DNA of 64,000 bases from the NCBI GenBank assembly GCA_934432595.1, contig CAKRYR010000002.1, positions 71,387 to 135,386 of the forward strand, in the 5' to 3' direction. Below, piece after piece: positions 47,824-57,335 of this stretch. Each line of letters opens with the position of its first letter. Position 1 is the first letter of the stretch. Origin of the DNA: an uncultured Lachnospiraceae bacterium. Lineage in GTDB: Bacteria; Bacillota; Clostridia; Lachnospirales; Lachnospiraceae. The notes under the pieces are model-generated. The model did no database searches, was not told where the DNA came from, and saw only the letters and a list, made by a program, of their open reading frames with translations. The translations under genes were made by a program, and so were the position numbers.

Positions 47824-49062
47824 ATGGGAAAGAAACATAATAAAGATATAAATAAAGAAAATAAAACAAATGCTAAAGAACAAGCATTTGCGGATAAGCA
47901 TACCCCAAAAGAGGGAAATGTTGACTCTGTTAAAGAAGAGTTTGAGAAAAAAGAAGAGCATGAAGAAGTTAAAAAGACTGAGAAGGCTGAAAATAAAAAA
48001 GAAACGGAAAAGATAGAGAAGAGCGAAGAAAAAGAAGAGAAAGAAAATAAAGAAGAAACGGAAAAGATAGAGAAGAGCGAAGAAAAAGAAGAGAAAGAAA
48101 ATAAAGAAGAAACGGAAAAGACTGGGAAGAGCGAAGAAAAAGAAGGGGAAGAAGATAAAGAAGAAATAGAAAAGACTGGGAAGAGCGAAGAAAAAGAAGG
48201 GGAAGAAGATAAAGAAGAAATAGAAAAGACTGGGAAGAGCGAAGAAAAAGAAGGGGAAGAAAATAAAGAAGAAATAGAAAAGACTGGGAAGAGCGAAGAA
48301 AAAGAAGGGGAAGAAAATAAAAAAGAAACGGAAAAGATAGAGAAGAGTGAAGAAAAAGAAGGGGAAGAAAATAAAGAAGAAATAGAAAAGACTGGGAAGA
48401 ACGAAGAAAAAGAGGATAAAAAAGAACAAGAAGAAGCTAAAGAAACAGAAGAAAAGATAAATAAAGAAGAAAACAAAAAGTCAGAAGAGCAAACGAAAGT
48501 AGATGTAAAAAAACTTAAAGATATTCCACTAGAATGGATAGATAAAGATGGAAAAGTACGTATTCCTAAGGAAGAATATTTACAATTACTTAAATATAAG
48601 GAAAGAAAAAAACGTACAAGAAAAATTATTAGAGGAATTGTGTTTACTCTCGTTATAATAGTTACATTTATTTTGTGCGTAGCATTTTTATCAGGTGGAA
48701 TGTCGACAGTAGGAGGAAGAAAAGCTGATAAAGCACCTAAAGTAGATAAGATTGTAGAAACAGCAGAACCAACTGCAGTAGATGAAGACTATGTAGATCC
48801 AGAGGATGTTCCTAGTAAGGGAAATGATGATGTTGATGAGGATAACGATTCTGAAACTTCTAATGATTCAGATGAAGATGCTGTTAGAGATAATACAGAT
48901 GGAATGGCTTCTCCAGATATAGTTGAGAATAACTCGCGTGATAATGTTGGTTCAGAGTCTTTAGAAAATGGTAATTCTAAAAAACAAAATTTTGATAATG
49001 TGAAAATAAATGAAGAGTTAGGTTTGCCAGAAGTAACAATTAATCCTGATGCGATTGATTGA
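47824..49062 (+). CDS. membrane protein with a Glu/Lys-rich 18-aa tandem-repeat N-terminal region and an acidic C-terminal region
   Basis: GGAGG 7 nt upstream of the ATG at 47824. Repeats of ETEKIEKSEEKEEKENKE / EIEKTGKSEEKEGEEDKE. One transmembrane helix (IIRGIVFTLVIIVTFILCVAFL). Confidence 0.65.
   Translation: MGKKHNKDINKENKTNAKEQAFADKHTPKEGNVDSVKEEFEKKEEHEEVKKTEKAENKKETEKIEKSEEKEEKENKEETEKIEKSEEKEEKENKEETEKTGKSEEKEGEEDKEEIEKTGKSEEKEGEEDKEEIEKTGKSEEKEGEENKEEIEKTGKSEEKEGEENKKETEKIEKSEEKEGEENKEEIEKTGKNEEKEDKKEQEEAKETEEKINKEENKKSEEQTKVDVKKLKDIPLEWIDKDGKVRIPKEEYLQLLKYKERKKRTRKIIRGIVFTLVIIVTFILCVAFLSGGMSTVGGRKADKAPKVDKIVETAEPTAVDEDYVDPEDVPSKGNDDVDEDNDSETSNDSDEDAVRDNTDGMASPDIVENNSRDNVGSESLENGNSKKQNFDNVKINEELGLPEVTINPDAID
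47947..48432. repeat. 54-bp tandem repeat, about 8-9 copies, in frame
   Basis: Unit GAAACGGAAAAGATAGAGAAGAGCGAAGAAAAAGAAGAGAAAGAAAATAAAGAA at 48001-48054. It is repeated head-to-tail through 48432 with point variants. A degenerate copy lies at 47947-48000. Confidence 0.9.
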
Positions 49063-49082
49063 GGAAACGGGGGCTACTAATC

Positions 49083-49856
49083 ATGGCTAACAGAAAATGT
49101 CCTAGTTGTAAGTGCAGTATAGGCAAATTTGATACAACTTGTCCCAAATGTGGTGAATTGATTTTTGAGGATCCAGTTGAGGTTAGTGAAGAAAAGATAA
49201 AAGAGAATGAAGAACAAAGCAATAGTAATACAAGGTTTGCTTTAAAAAATAAGATAAAATTATCAAAGATTACGGATAGTTTTATTAAAAAATGTAAGAG
49301 TTTTGGTAATAGAGCCTTAGAACTATTAAAGAAATTGTATAGATTTACTAGGCTCTATAAATTGCACCCATATATAACATATGTTAATGTTCTTGCAGTT
49401 ATAACATTAATCGCTACAATATGTTTGATTGGAACAGGAATAAAAATAGTTCGCTTTAGAGATAGTAAATCCGTGCTTAGTAATGTTAAATCAGATACTA
49501 CTTATTATGAAATAAAAGATAAATCAGATAAAAAGAATAAAGAGGGAAAGAGAAGTATTGATTTGCAAAGAGGATTGCTAATTCTTACTTATGAAAATGA
49601 GAATATTGGTGGAGTGAATGCTACGTTGCAGTATGAAATGAAACCAGGAGACGATGTAATAGAAGCTACTGTAATAAAATTTAAACATAATGATATAGAT
49701 GTTATTAGAATGAAGCAGTATTTAGAGGTTAATTATGGTATAGGTAAGAAATTAGAGAATGGTACAATTTCATATGAAGATAAGGATAATTCTTATACAT
49801 ATACCAATGGAACGTGTGCGTCAGTAGAGATTGTTAGGATCAAACCGCTTAGTTAA
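49083..49856 (+). CDS. zinc-ribbon membrane protein of unknown function
   Basis: MANRKCPSCKCSIGKFDTTCPKCG has a CxxC...CxxC zinc ribbon. One transmembrane helix (VNVLAVITLIATICLIGTGI). Confidence 0.45.
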   Translation: MANRKCPSCKCSIGKFDTTCPKCGELIFEDPVEVSEEKIKENEEQSNSNTRFALKNKIKLSKITDSFIKKCKSFGNRALELLKKLYRFTRLYKLHPYITYVNVLAVITLIATICLIGTGIKIVRFRDSKSVLSNVKSDTTYYEIKDKSDKKNKEGKRSIDLQRGLLILTYENENIGGVNATLQYEMKPGDDVIEATVIKFKHNDIDVIRMKQYLEVNYGIGKKLENGTISYEDKDNSYTYTNGTCASVEIVRIKPLS

Positions 49857-49931
49857 GATATTTATATAGAAAATAGCATAGTTAAATAATATTTTGCATA
49901 CATTGTATAAATATTATTTAGGTGAAGTTAT

Positions 49932-50231
49932 TTGCGAGAATATAGTTTATATAATTTACAAATTGAGGAGAGGGCCGTTATTATAGCTAATTATATAATT
50001 GATGTACGAGCGACTGTTAGGCAGGCAGCAAAGGAATTTGGAGTAAGCAAGAGTACGGTACATAAAGACGTTACAGAAAGGCTTAAAAAAATTAATCCAC
50101 AATTGGCTGAGAAGACTAGACAAATTTTGGATATAAATAAATCTGAGAGGCATATTAGAGGTGGATTAGCTACCAGAGAAAAATATCAACATAGCAGAGA
50201 AAATAATGTAAATAGGTCTAAAGACCTATAA
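49932..50231 (+). CDS. spoIIID: sporulation transcriptional regulator SpoIIID
   Basis: IEERAVIIANYIIDVRATVRQAAKEFGVSKSTVHKDVTERL..INP.LA........N..ERHIRGGLATREKY closely matches SpoIIID. TTG start after AGGTGAAG. Confidence 0.85.
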   Translation: MREYSLYNLQIEERAVIIANYIIDVRATVRQAAKEFGVSKSTVHKDVTERLKKINPQLAEKTRQILDINKSERHIRGGLATREKYQHSRENNVNRSKDL

Positions 50232-50536
50232 AACACTAGGAAATTCGTCCGATTTATATAATGTAAGTTGAAAATGCTGTAAATTAAATTTTAACACTAA
50301 ACTGTAAACAAGGATAGTATGGCTAGGTCATTGATGGTTATACTATTCTTTCTCTATATTAGAAGATAATTAACTTATATTTTTGCTGAATATTAAAATT
50401 ATGTCAAAATAAAAGGATTATTTTGACAACTGTTGGAAAATATAGTAAAATAAAAGTATATCGTACACTAAATAGAGAATATTTAGTAGGTTGCGGTTTT
50501 TATGAGGTTAGGATGTAAATAACAGGAGGGTTTTTA

Positions 50537-52084
50537 GTGTATAAGGTTTTAATATCACAGCAGGATAAGGAGCAAATGCGACTTATAAGGGAAAGTTTAT
50601 TGTCAGGGTTTGATGAAGTGTTTATCTTTTGCACCAGTTCAGGTGAAGAAACCATTGATATTGTAAGTAAAGAACATCCAGATTTGGTGTTTCAAGGAAT
50701 TGAATTAAATGATATTAGCGGTATAGATGTTGCAACTGAGATAATGAAGATTAGTCCAGAAAGTCATATCGTGTTTTTGTCGTGTTATGACCATTTTGAG
50801 TTTGCAAGAACGGCGATGCATCTTGGAGTTGAAGATTATTTATTGATGCCCGTTACAGAACAAGATATAATAGAAGTTACTTCAGATGTATTAAGAAAAA
50901 TTGATAATTATCGTGCTGTAAAGTACACAGAGTCAAAGAATAGAGAATTTATGCAAGATTCAAAAGATTTGTTAGGTTATGGGTTTATTTACTCTATTTT
51001 ATTTAGTGATTCCTTGAGAAAAAATATAAGTGAATATAAACGTACATTAGGGATAACAGATAGAGGATTCTGGTATAATATAGAAGTTTGTAATGAAAGT
51101 TATAAACCAGCAGTAAAAGATGATGAATTAATAAATGTTGTGGGTGAAACACTTAGGAAAAATGTTAAATATATTATTGGACCTAAAATAGGAGAAAGAT
51201 TACTTGTATATATTCCTGTTATGGATGATGACGTAAGATTTGAAGATGAAAAATTTATTATCTCCTTAGCTAAGATTGTTAAAAGAGAAATAGAGAGTGC
51301 TTTTATACTAAAAACTAATATAGGTATAGGGAGCATTAGGAATCTTGATGAGTTACATATATCATATGAAGAATCTATTAAGGGTCTAAGAGATAATAAA
51401 GATGTTGTCAAATATGTCGGAAGTGAGAATAATGATTTATATGTTAAAGCTACTGTTATTGAAAAAAGACTATTTGAGAGTATAGAGTTAGATAAAGATG
51501 ATGTTAGAAAACTATTTGTTCTTTTATTGCAGCAGTATGAAGAACTACCATTAAAAGATAGAAAAAGTAAAGTACTAGAATTATTTGCAATTATTAATCA
51601 CAAGATAAGCTCAATGGGTGCAGAAGAATGGGAAACTTGTGATAGTATGAGAATGTATCAAGAAATTATGGATTTATCAGAAGATAATATAGATATTTAT
51701 TCTATGAATAAGTTTGAGTATTTATTAAAGGCTTTGAGAAGGCGAAATACTCAGAATTTATCACCTACTGTTAAAAAGGCTATGCATTATATGAGTGAAC
51801 ATTTTAATAAAAATATTACATTGAATGATATATCTAATTTAGTAGGTGTAAGTGTTCAATATTTCAGTAAGATTTTTAAAGAAGAAGTCGGATGTAATTA
51901 CGTTGATTGGCTTAATTCTTTAAGAATTAATAGAGCAAAAGAACTTATGGAAAGCACACAAATGACTATTAAGGAAGTTGGCTTTCAAGTTGGGTATAAC
52001 GATCCAAATTATTTTAGTCGTATTTTCAAAAGATATGAAGGCGTTGCTCCAACTGAATATGTAAATAGAAAAGAAGTAAGTTAA
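50537..52084 (+). CDS. YesN-like regulator: degenerate receiver domain plus AraC-type HTH output
   Basis: The C-terminal AraC HTH is readable (ITLNDISNLVGVSVQYFSKIFKEEVG and IKEVGFQVGYNDPNYFSRIFKRYEGVAPTEY). The N-terminus has a CheY-like fold pattern, but the acidic pocket, phospho-Asp and Lys positions read QQD, G and M. Confidence 0.75.
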   Translation: MYKVLISQQDKEQMRLIRESLLSGFDEVFIFCTSSGEETIDIVSKEHPDLVFQGIELNDISGIDVATEIMKISPESHIVFLSCYDHFEFARTAMHLGVEDYLLMPVTEQDIIEVTSDVLRKIDNYRAVKYTESKNREFMQDSKDLLGYGFIYSILFSDSLRKNISEYKRTLGITDRGFWYNIEVCNESYKPAVKDDELINVVGETLRKNVKYIIGPKIGERLLVYIPVMDDDVRFEDEKFIISLAKIVKREIESAFILKTNIGIGSIRNLDELHISYEESIKGLRDNKDVVKYVGSENNDLYVKATVIEKRLFESIELDKDDVRKLFVLLLQQYEELPLKDRKSKVLELFAIINHKISSMGAEEWETCDSMRMYQEIMDLSEDNIDIYSMNKFEYLLKALRRRNTQNLSPTVKKAMHYMSEHFNKNITLNDISNLVGVSVQYFSKIFKEEVGCNYVDWLNSLRINRAKELMESTQMTIKEVGFQVGYNDPNYFSRIFKRYEGVAPTEYVNRKEVS

Positions 52085-52145
52085 TAGAATAGTATTGTAC
52101 TACTAAAAACAATAGTGAGTTAAGAAAAATTTCAGAAATTATATA

Positions 52146-52174
52146 TTGACTAAGACCTTATTTCATGGTATATT
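52146..52174 (+). promoter_or_regulatory. promoter of the rpmG-secE-nusG cluster
   Basis: TTGACT (52146-52151), a 17-nt spacer ending TGg, then TATATT (52169-52174). Confidence 0.5.
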
Positions 52175-52255
52175 GAAAAAGCGATGGAAGAGGTCTTTTT
52201 TTTATGCCTAAAATTTAGCATGAGCACATTGAATTAAAAGTGGAGGTGGATAATC

Positions 52256-52405
52256 GTGCGCGTAAAGATAACATTAGCATGTACAGAATGTAAGCAACGT
52301 AACTACGATACTAAAAAAGAGAAAAGATTACATCCAGACAGAATGGAAACTAAAAAGTATTGTAAGTTCTGCAGAAAACACACTTTACACAAAGAGACAA
52401 AATAA
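52256..52405 (+). CDS. rpmG: 50S ribosomal protein L33
   Basis: GTG start after GGAGGTGG. Translates to [49 protein letters not shown] (49 aa, two CxxC pairs). Below the track's size cut-off. Confidence 0.85.
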   Translation: MRVKITLACTECKQRNYDTKKEKRLHPDRMETKKYCKFCRKHTLHKETK

Positions 52406-52449
52406 GGAATTGATAGGATTCACACTTTAGAAGAAAGGAATGTGAAGAT

Positions 52450-52668
52450 ATGGGCGAAGATTCTAAAAAAGTAAATAGTGTTGAGAAGAAGGGATTTTTT
52501 AAATCTCTAAAAACTGAGTTTAGTAAAATAATGTGGCCAGATAGACCAACAGTAATTAATAAGTCTATAGCTGTTGTAGTTGTTACAACAATTTTAGCTC
52601 TTGTAATTGCGTTATTTGATTATTTAATTGGATCAGGATTATCATGGTTATCACAACTATTAGGATAA
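52450..52668 (+). CDS. secE: preprotein translocase subunit SecE
   Basis: 72 aa with a single C-terminal transmembrane helix and the motif EFSKIMWPDRPT. Conserved position before nusG. Confidence 0.85.
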   Translation: MGEDSKKVNSVEKKGFFKSLKTEFSKIMWPDRPTVINKSIAVVVVTTILALVIALFDYLIGSGLSWLSQLLG

Positions 52669-52677
52669 GGTGGTTTT

Positions 52678-53199
52678 ATGTCAGATTTTAATTGGTATGT
52701 AGTTCATACCTATTCAGGGTATGAGAATAAGGTAAAAGCAACAATTGAAAAAACTATTGAGAACAGAGGTCTTCAAGATCAAATTATAGAGGTATCTGTT
52801 CCTATGATTGATGTAGTGGAAGTTAAGAATGGTGCAAATAAGACTGTTCAGAGAAAGAAATTCCCTGGTTACGTTTTTGTAAAAATGGTTATGAATGAGG
52901 ACACATGGTATGTAGTTAGAAATACTAGAGGTGTTACTGGGTTCGTAGGACCTGGATCAAAACCAGTGCCATTGACTCCAACAGAAATGCTTAATATGGG
53001 CTTTGATGGAGGAAGTATCACAATTGACATAGATGTTAATGTAGGTGATACAGTTGAAGTTGTATCAGGAGCATGGGAAGAAGTTACTGGAGTTGTTCAA
53101 AGTATTAATGAAGCTAAGCAAACAGTGACTATTACTATTGATATGTTTGGTAGAGAGACACCAGTTGAAATTAGTTTTGCTGATATTAAAGTATTATAA
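52678..53199 (+). CDS. nusG: transcription termination/antitermination factor NusG
   Basis: NWYVVHTYSGYENKVK (NGN domain) and a C-terminal KOW region (GDTVEVVSGAWEEVTGVV). Confidence 0.9.
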   Translation: MSDFNWYVVHTYSGYENKVKATIEKTIENRGLQDQIIEVSVPMIDVVEVKNGANKTVQRKKFPGYVFVKMVMNEDTWYVVRNTRGVTGFVGPGSKPVPLTPTEMLNMGFDGGSITIDIDVNVGDTVEVVSGAWEEVTGVVQSINEAKQTVTITIDMFGRETPVEISFADIKVL

Positions 53200-53261
53200 T
53201 TATTTAGATAGTCAAAACAGTATGGTTAAACTCAAGTGATTAATTTAGGAGGTAAGCAATT

Positions 53262-53687
53262 ATGGCAAAGAAAGTTACAGGATATATTAAGTTACAAATT
53301 CCAGCTGCCAAAGCAACACCTGCACCACCTGTAGGCCCTGCACTTGGACAGCACGGAGTTAACATTGTACAGTTTACAAAAGAATTTAATGCTAGAACAG
53401 CAGGTCAAGAAGGAATGATTATTCCAGTTGTAATCACTGTATATCAAGATAGAAGTTTTAGTTTTATTACTAAGACTCCACCAGCAGCAATTTTATTAAA
53501 GAAAGCTGCTAATATTAAATCAGGATCAGGAGTACCAAATAGAAATAAAGTTGGTAAGATATCAAAAGCAGATATCCAAAAGATCGCTGAACTTAAGATG
53601 CCAGACTTAAATGCTGCAAATCTTGAGAGTGCAATGAGCATGATCGAAGGAACAGCTAAGAGTATGGGATTAGTAGTAGAAGACTAG
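53262..53687 (+). CDS. rplK: 50S ribosomal protein L11
   Basis: [35 protein letters not shown] is canonical L11. Confidence 0.95.
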   Translation: MAKKVTGYIKLQIPAAKATPAPPVGPALGQHGVNIVQFTKEFNARTAGQEGMIIPVVITVYQDRSFSFITKTPPAAILLKKAANIKSGSGVPNRNKVGKISKADIQKIAELKMPDLNAANLESAMSMIEGTAKSMGLVVED

Positions 53688-53791
53688 TAAATATAAACCA
53701 AAAGGTATAGATAAAAGATTTCATCACAAGACAGTAACAATATAAATGTGGGAGGGATTCTCCCGATATTACCACTAGGAGGTTAATAGAT

Positions 53792-54484
53792 ATGAAGAGA
53801 GGTAAGAAATATTCAGATGCTTCTAAATTATATGATAAGACACAAGCATTTGATACAGAAGAGGCTATTAGCTTAGTTAAGAAAACAGCCGTTGCAAAAT
53901 TCGATGAAACAGTTGAAGCTCACATCAGATTAGGTGTAGATAGTAGACATGCAGACCAACAAGTTCGTGGCGCTGTTGTTTTACCACATGGAACTGGTAA
54001 AAAAGTAAGAGTTCTTGTTTTTGCTAAAGGTGATAAATTAGCTGAAGCAGAAGCAGCTGGAGCAGATTTCGTTGGAGGAGAAGATTTAATTCCAAAGATT
54101 CAAAATGATAATTGGTTTGATTTTGATGTTGTTGTTGCAACTCCAGATATGATGGGTGTTGTTGGACGTTTAGGACGTGTACTTGGACCTAAGGGATTAA
54201 TGCCTAATCCAAAGGCAGGAACTGTAACAATGGATGTTACAAAGGCTGTACAAGATATTAAAGCAGGTAAGATTGAATACAGATTAGATAAGAGCAATAT
54301 TATCCACGTACCACTAGGTAAGGCTTCATTTACTGAAGAGCAATTAGTTGACAACTTTACTACTTTAATGGGAGCTATAGTTAAAGCTAAACCAGCAGCT
54401 ACTAAGGGACAATACTTAAGAAGTGTAACTTTAGCAACAACTATGGGACCAGGAGTTAAAGTTAATACTGTTAAGCTTGGTTAG
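53792..54484 (+). CDS. rplA: 50S ribosomal protein L1
   Basis: [33 protein letters not shown] is canonical L1. Confidence 0.95.
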   Translation: MKRGKKYSDASKLYDKTQAFDTEEAISLVKKTAVAKFDETVEAHIRLGVDSRHADQQVRGAVVLPHGTGKKVRVLVFAKGDKLAEAEAAGADFVGGEDLIPKIQNDNWFDFDVVVATPDMMGVVGRLGRVLGPKGLMPNPKAGTVTMDVTKAVQDIKAGKIEYRLDKSNIIHVPLGKASFTEEQLVDNFTTLMGAIVKAKPAATKGQYLRSVTLATTMGPGVKVNTVKLG

Positions 54485-54536
54485 TAATAAGCTGAACGTA
54501 TAATTTTATAATGTGAATATTAGATATTATATATAA

Positions 54537-54570
54537 AAACGCGAAGATTAGTCTTCGCGTTTTTTTTGCA
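54537..54570 (+). terminator. intrinsic terminator after rplA
   Basis: AAAAACGCGAAGA-ttag-TCTTCGCGTTTTTTTT. Confidence 0.8.
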
Positions 54571-54627
54571 ATTTTAAATGTGCAATTGAGAAAAATATAA
54601 AATATTTATAAAATACAAAAATTATGT

Positions 54628-54656
54628 TTGACAAGATTAAAAGTATAGAGTATACT
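54628..54656 (+). promoter_or_regulatory. rplJL promoter
   Basis: TTGACA (54628-54633), 17 nt of spacer, then TATACT (54651-54656). Confidence 0.6.
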
Positions 54657-54662
54657 TAACGA

Positions 54663-54790
54663 GTATGAAAGAAATACTGCCGAAGACAGTAGGTGCGAAA
54701 GCGTAAGTTATTTATAACGCCTACCGAGGAAATATAATCTTATATGACGATTATGCCTTGTTGTCTTTGACAGCGAGGCTTTTTATATAG
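54663..54790 (+). ncRNA. ribosomal protein L10 leader (autoregulatory attenuator upstream of rplJ)
   Basis: Roughly 230-nt leader between the promoter and rplJ. It has a long-range stem (CAGTAGGTG...GCCTACCG) and a terminator hairpin GCCTTGTTGTC-tttg-GACAGCGAGGC plus TTTTT (54755-54785). Position and shape fit the Firmicute L10 leader. Confidence 0.6.
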
Positions 54791-54891
54791 TCAAAGTGTT
54801 GAACACTTTAGGAACAATATGGTTCTAAAGATTATAATAAGCTGACGGCGGTGACCTTTTTGATACAGAATCTATAAGGAGGTACACCATT

Positions 54892-55386
54892 ATGGCAAAA
54901 GTTGAATTAAAACAACCAATCGTTGATGAAATCTCAGCATACGTAGAAAAAGCTCAATCAGCAGTATTAGTTAACTATCGTGGACTTACAGTTGAGCAAG
55001 ATACTATTTTACGTAAGAAGATGAGAGAGGCTGGTGTTGTATACAAAGTATATAAGAACACTATGCTTAAGAGAGCGTTTGAGGGAACTGCTTATGAAGA
55101 GTTATCTCAACATCTTGATGGACCAACTGCTGTTGCATTTGGATTAGAGGATGCAACTGCTCCAGCTAGAATTTTCAGCGAAGTTATGAAGGAAGCAACT
55201 GCTTTGGAATACAAAGGTGGAGTTGTTGAAGGAGTTTACTATGATGCTAAAGGTATCGAAGTTATTGCAAGCATTCCTTCAAGAGAAGTACTTATTTCCA
55301 AATTACTTGGAAGCTTACAATCACCTATTTCAAATCTTGCTCGTGTTCTTAATCAAATCGCAGAGAAGAATGGCGAAGCTGCATAG
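54892..55386 (+). CDS. rplJ: 50S ribosomal protein L10
   Basis: Conserved position and sequence (VLVNYRGLTVEQDTILRKKMREAGV.YKVYKNT). Confidence 0.95.
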   Translation: MAKVELKQPIVDEISAYVEKAQSAVLVNYRGLTVEQDTILRKKMREAGVVYKVYKNTMLKRAFEGTAYEELSQHLDGPTAVAFGLEDATAPARIFSEVMKEATALEYKGGVVEGVYYDAKGIEVIASIPSREVLISKLLGSLQSPISNLARVLNQIAEKNGEAA

Positions 55387-55532
55387 GCAAGTGGTTATTA
55401 ATTGAAAGCTGAATTATTATTAATTTAACTGAACAAATTAGAATAATTCAATAATGAAACTATTAGAAAATAAGATGGATATTTATTAGATATCCGCAAA
55501 AGAAATAATTAGAATTTATGGAGGTATTTATA

Positions 55533-55901
55533 ATGACAACTCAAGAATTTATCGAAGCTATTAAGGGCTTAACAGTATTAGAATTAAATGATTTAGTAAA
55601 AGCATGTGAAGAAGAATTTGGTGTATCAGCAGCAGCAGGTGTTGTTGTAGCAGCAGCAGGTGGAGACGGAGCAGCAGCTGGAGCAGAAAAGACTGAATTT
55701 AACGTAGAGTTAACTGAAGTTGGTGGAGCAAAGGTTAAAGTTATCAAAGTTGTTCGTGAAGTAACAGGATTAGGATTAAAAGAAGCTAAAGAAGTAGTAG
55801 ACGGAGCTCCTAAGGTTGTTAAAGAAGGTGTTTCTAAAGAAGAAGCAGAAGAAATTAAGACTAAATTAGAAGCAGAAGGTGCTAAGGTTACTTTAAAATA
55901 A
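55533..55901 (+). CDS. rplL: 50S ribosomal protein L7/L12
   Basis: GGAGG then ATG at 55533. Ala/Gly hinge. C-terminal [49 protein letters not shown]. Confidence 0.95.
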   Translation: MTTQEFIEAIKGLTVLELNDLVKACEEEFGVSAAAGVVVAAAGGDGAAAGAEKTEFNVELTEVGGAKVKVIKVVREVTGLGLKEAKEVVDGAPKVVKEGVSKEEAEEIKTKLEAEGAKVTLK

Positions 55902-55943
55902 TTTAATATAAATTAATTTTATATAAGTAATTAGATAACTTAT

Positions 55944-55985
55944 AGGCTTTGGAAGATTGTATAATCTCCAAAGCCTTTTTATTGT
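55944..55985 (+). terminator. intrinsic terminator after rplL
   Basis: GGCTTTGGAGA...TCTCCAAAGCC stem followed by TTTTTATT. Confidence 0.75.
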
Positions 55986-56190
55986 GCGTCTTGCGACGCA
56001 TTTCTTATTATATAAAAACATTCCACTTGGGATGCGTAGCTCGTGGATGGGAATGCAACTCTTTTTATTATATTTTTGTGGATAATGTAGAAACTTATAA
56101 TTATTCTTGAAATTACAAAAAAATTTGTTATAATAATATTATGTTTATTAAAAATATTTAAATTAAATTATTAAAGGGAGGATTTTTTTA

Positions 56191-57057
56191 ATGAGGGTAA
56201 AAGAAATTAGGATGAGAGCAAAAGAGTGCTTAAAGGGGAAATGGGCTAAGACAAGCGTTCTGATTTTTCTATTTAATTTATTAATTTCTGTAGCAATGAT
56301 AGGGTACATCGTGTTATATTCAGCAGCCATAGTTTTAGAAGATAAGAATCTAGAGTATATCTCTTTGGTATTAATTATACCCGGATATATTATGCAGGCA
56401 ATACTACAAATTGGTTTACTACGTATTATTTTAGGCGTGACTAGAGGAAAAGATTATAAGTTTTCTGATATTTTTTTGGGTGCGAAATATTGGCTAAAGA
56501 CTTTGGGAGTTATATTCATGACATCATTATTTACTTTATTGTGGATGTGTTTGTTCATTATTCCAGGTATTATTAAAGCAATTTCATATAGTATGGCATT
56601 GTTTATTTTAGCAGAAAATCCTGAAAAAGGAATTCTAGAGTGTATTACTGAATCTAGAATGATGATGAAAGGAAATAAATGGAAATATGTTGGCTTAGTT
56701 TTATCTATAACTATATGGTTAATATTATTTGTAGCAGTTATATATGGATGTATAGTTGGTACAACATATTTAATAGCTGCGAAATTAGGTTCAGTGGTTG
56801 TAAATATTTTGATACTTTTAGTTACTCTGTTCTTGTTAACTACAGTATACACAATACTTACATATGTTATAACAAGTTATTTATATGTAGCAGAAGGAGT
56901 TATGTATTTAGATATATCTAAAAAAGATGAAGTATACAGTGATGCTTCAGTCGTGGAAGAAGGCATAACAGTGAGTACAGATGATATATATACTGCGAAT
57001 GTAGAAGATGCTATATCTGATAATGTGGATGGTATGGTTGAGGACAAAGCAGAATGA
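56191..57057 (+). CDS. DUF975-like integral membrane protein
   Basis: The N-terminal IRMRAKECLKGKWAKTSVLIFL pattern and about 5-6 transmembrane helices are typical of DUF975. Acidic C-terminal tail. Confidence 0.55.
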   Translation: MRVKEIRMRAKECLKGKWAKTSVLIFLFNLLISVAMIGYIVLYSAAIVLEDKNLEYISLVLIIPGYIMQAILQIGLLRIILGVTRGKDYKFSDIFLGAKYWLKTLGVIFMTSLFTLLWMCLFIIPGIIKAISYSMALFILAENPEKGILECITESRMMMKGNKWKYVGLVLSITIWLILFVAVIYGCIVGTTYLIAAKLGSVVVNILILLVTLFLLTTVYTILTYVITSYLYVAEGVMYLDISKKDEVYSDASVVEEGITVSTDDIYTANVEDAISDNVDGMVEDKAE

Positions 57058-57335
57058 GATAAGATTTGAATAATGATTAATGTATCATAATAAAGTATTA
57101 TATATGACTTTTAATTAAAAATTTTATAAAAATTTTTAATTACTCCCACAAAGCTTTAAAATAAAGGCCTTGTGGGAGTAATTTACTATGTATATTTATA
57201 AAAAAGTGAAAAATATACTGTTGACAAATTGTAACTATTGTGGTAGTGTGGAAGTTGCACTATTGTGTTATTGTATGCCAAAATATACGTATCAAGTAGA
57301 TGGAGGCCTATTCATATATTAGTTCAAGGAGTGAA

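Noticed and set aside
47707-48476. Two long minus-strand ORFs (240 and 228 aa) rich in Phe/Ser/Leu
   Set aside because: They are antisense shadows of the GAA/AAA-rich 54-bp tandem repeat in the plus-strand gene. Their translations (FFFIFFPFFFF..., SSFSSLFS...) are pure repeat artefacts, and they have no ribosome-binding site.
52152-52205. AAGACCT...AGGTCTT plus T8 hairpin spanning the rpmG promoter, as a possible terminator of the upstream regulator gene
   Set aside because: The stem is only 7 bp with a roughly 32-nt loop that contains the -10 element. This is too weak to call, although the T-run is striking.
53688-53791. Hairpin GGGAGGGATTCTCCC between rplK and rplA as a possible L1-binding autoregulatory site
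   Set aside because: I cannot verify by eye any resemblance to the 23S L1-stalk mimic. A single short hairpin next to the ribosome-binding site is insufficient evidence.
21542-56061. The idea that the two copies of the roughly 80-nt element are attL/attR of an island mobilised by the adjacent integrase
   Set aside because: The 34 kb between them contains essential core genes (rpoD, a class A PBP, ribosomal protein genes, nusG, secE). The integrase also lies outside that interval, so the element cannot bound an integrated mobile element.
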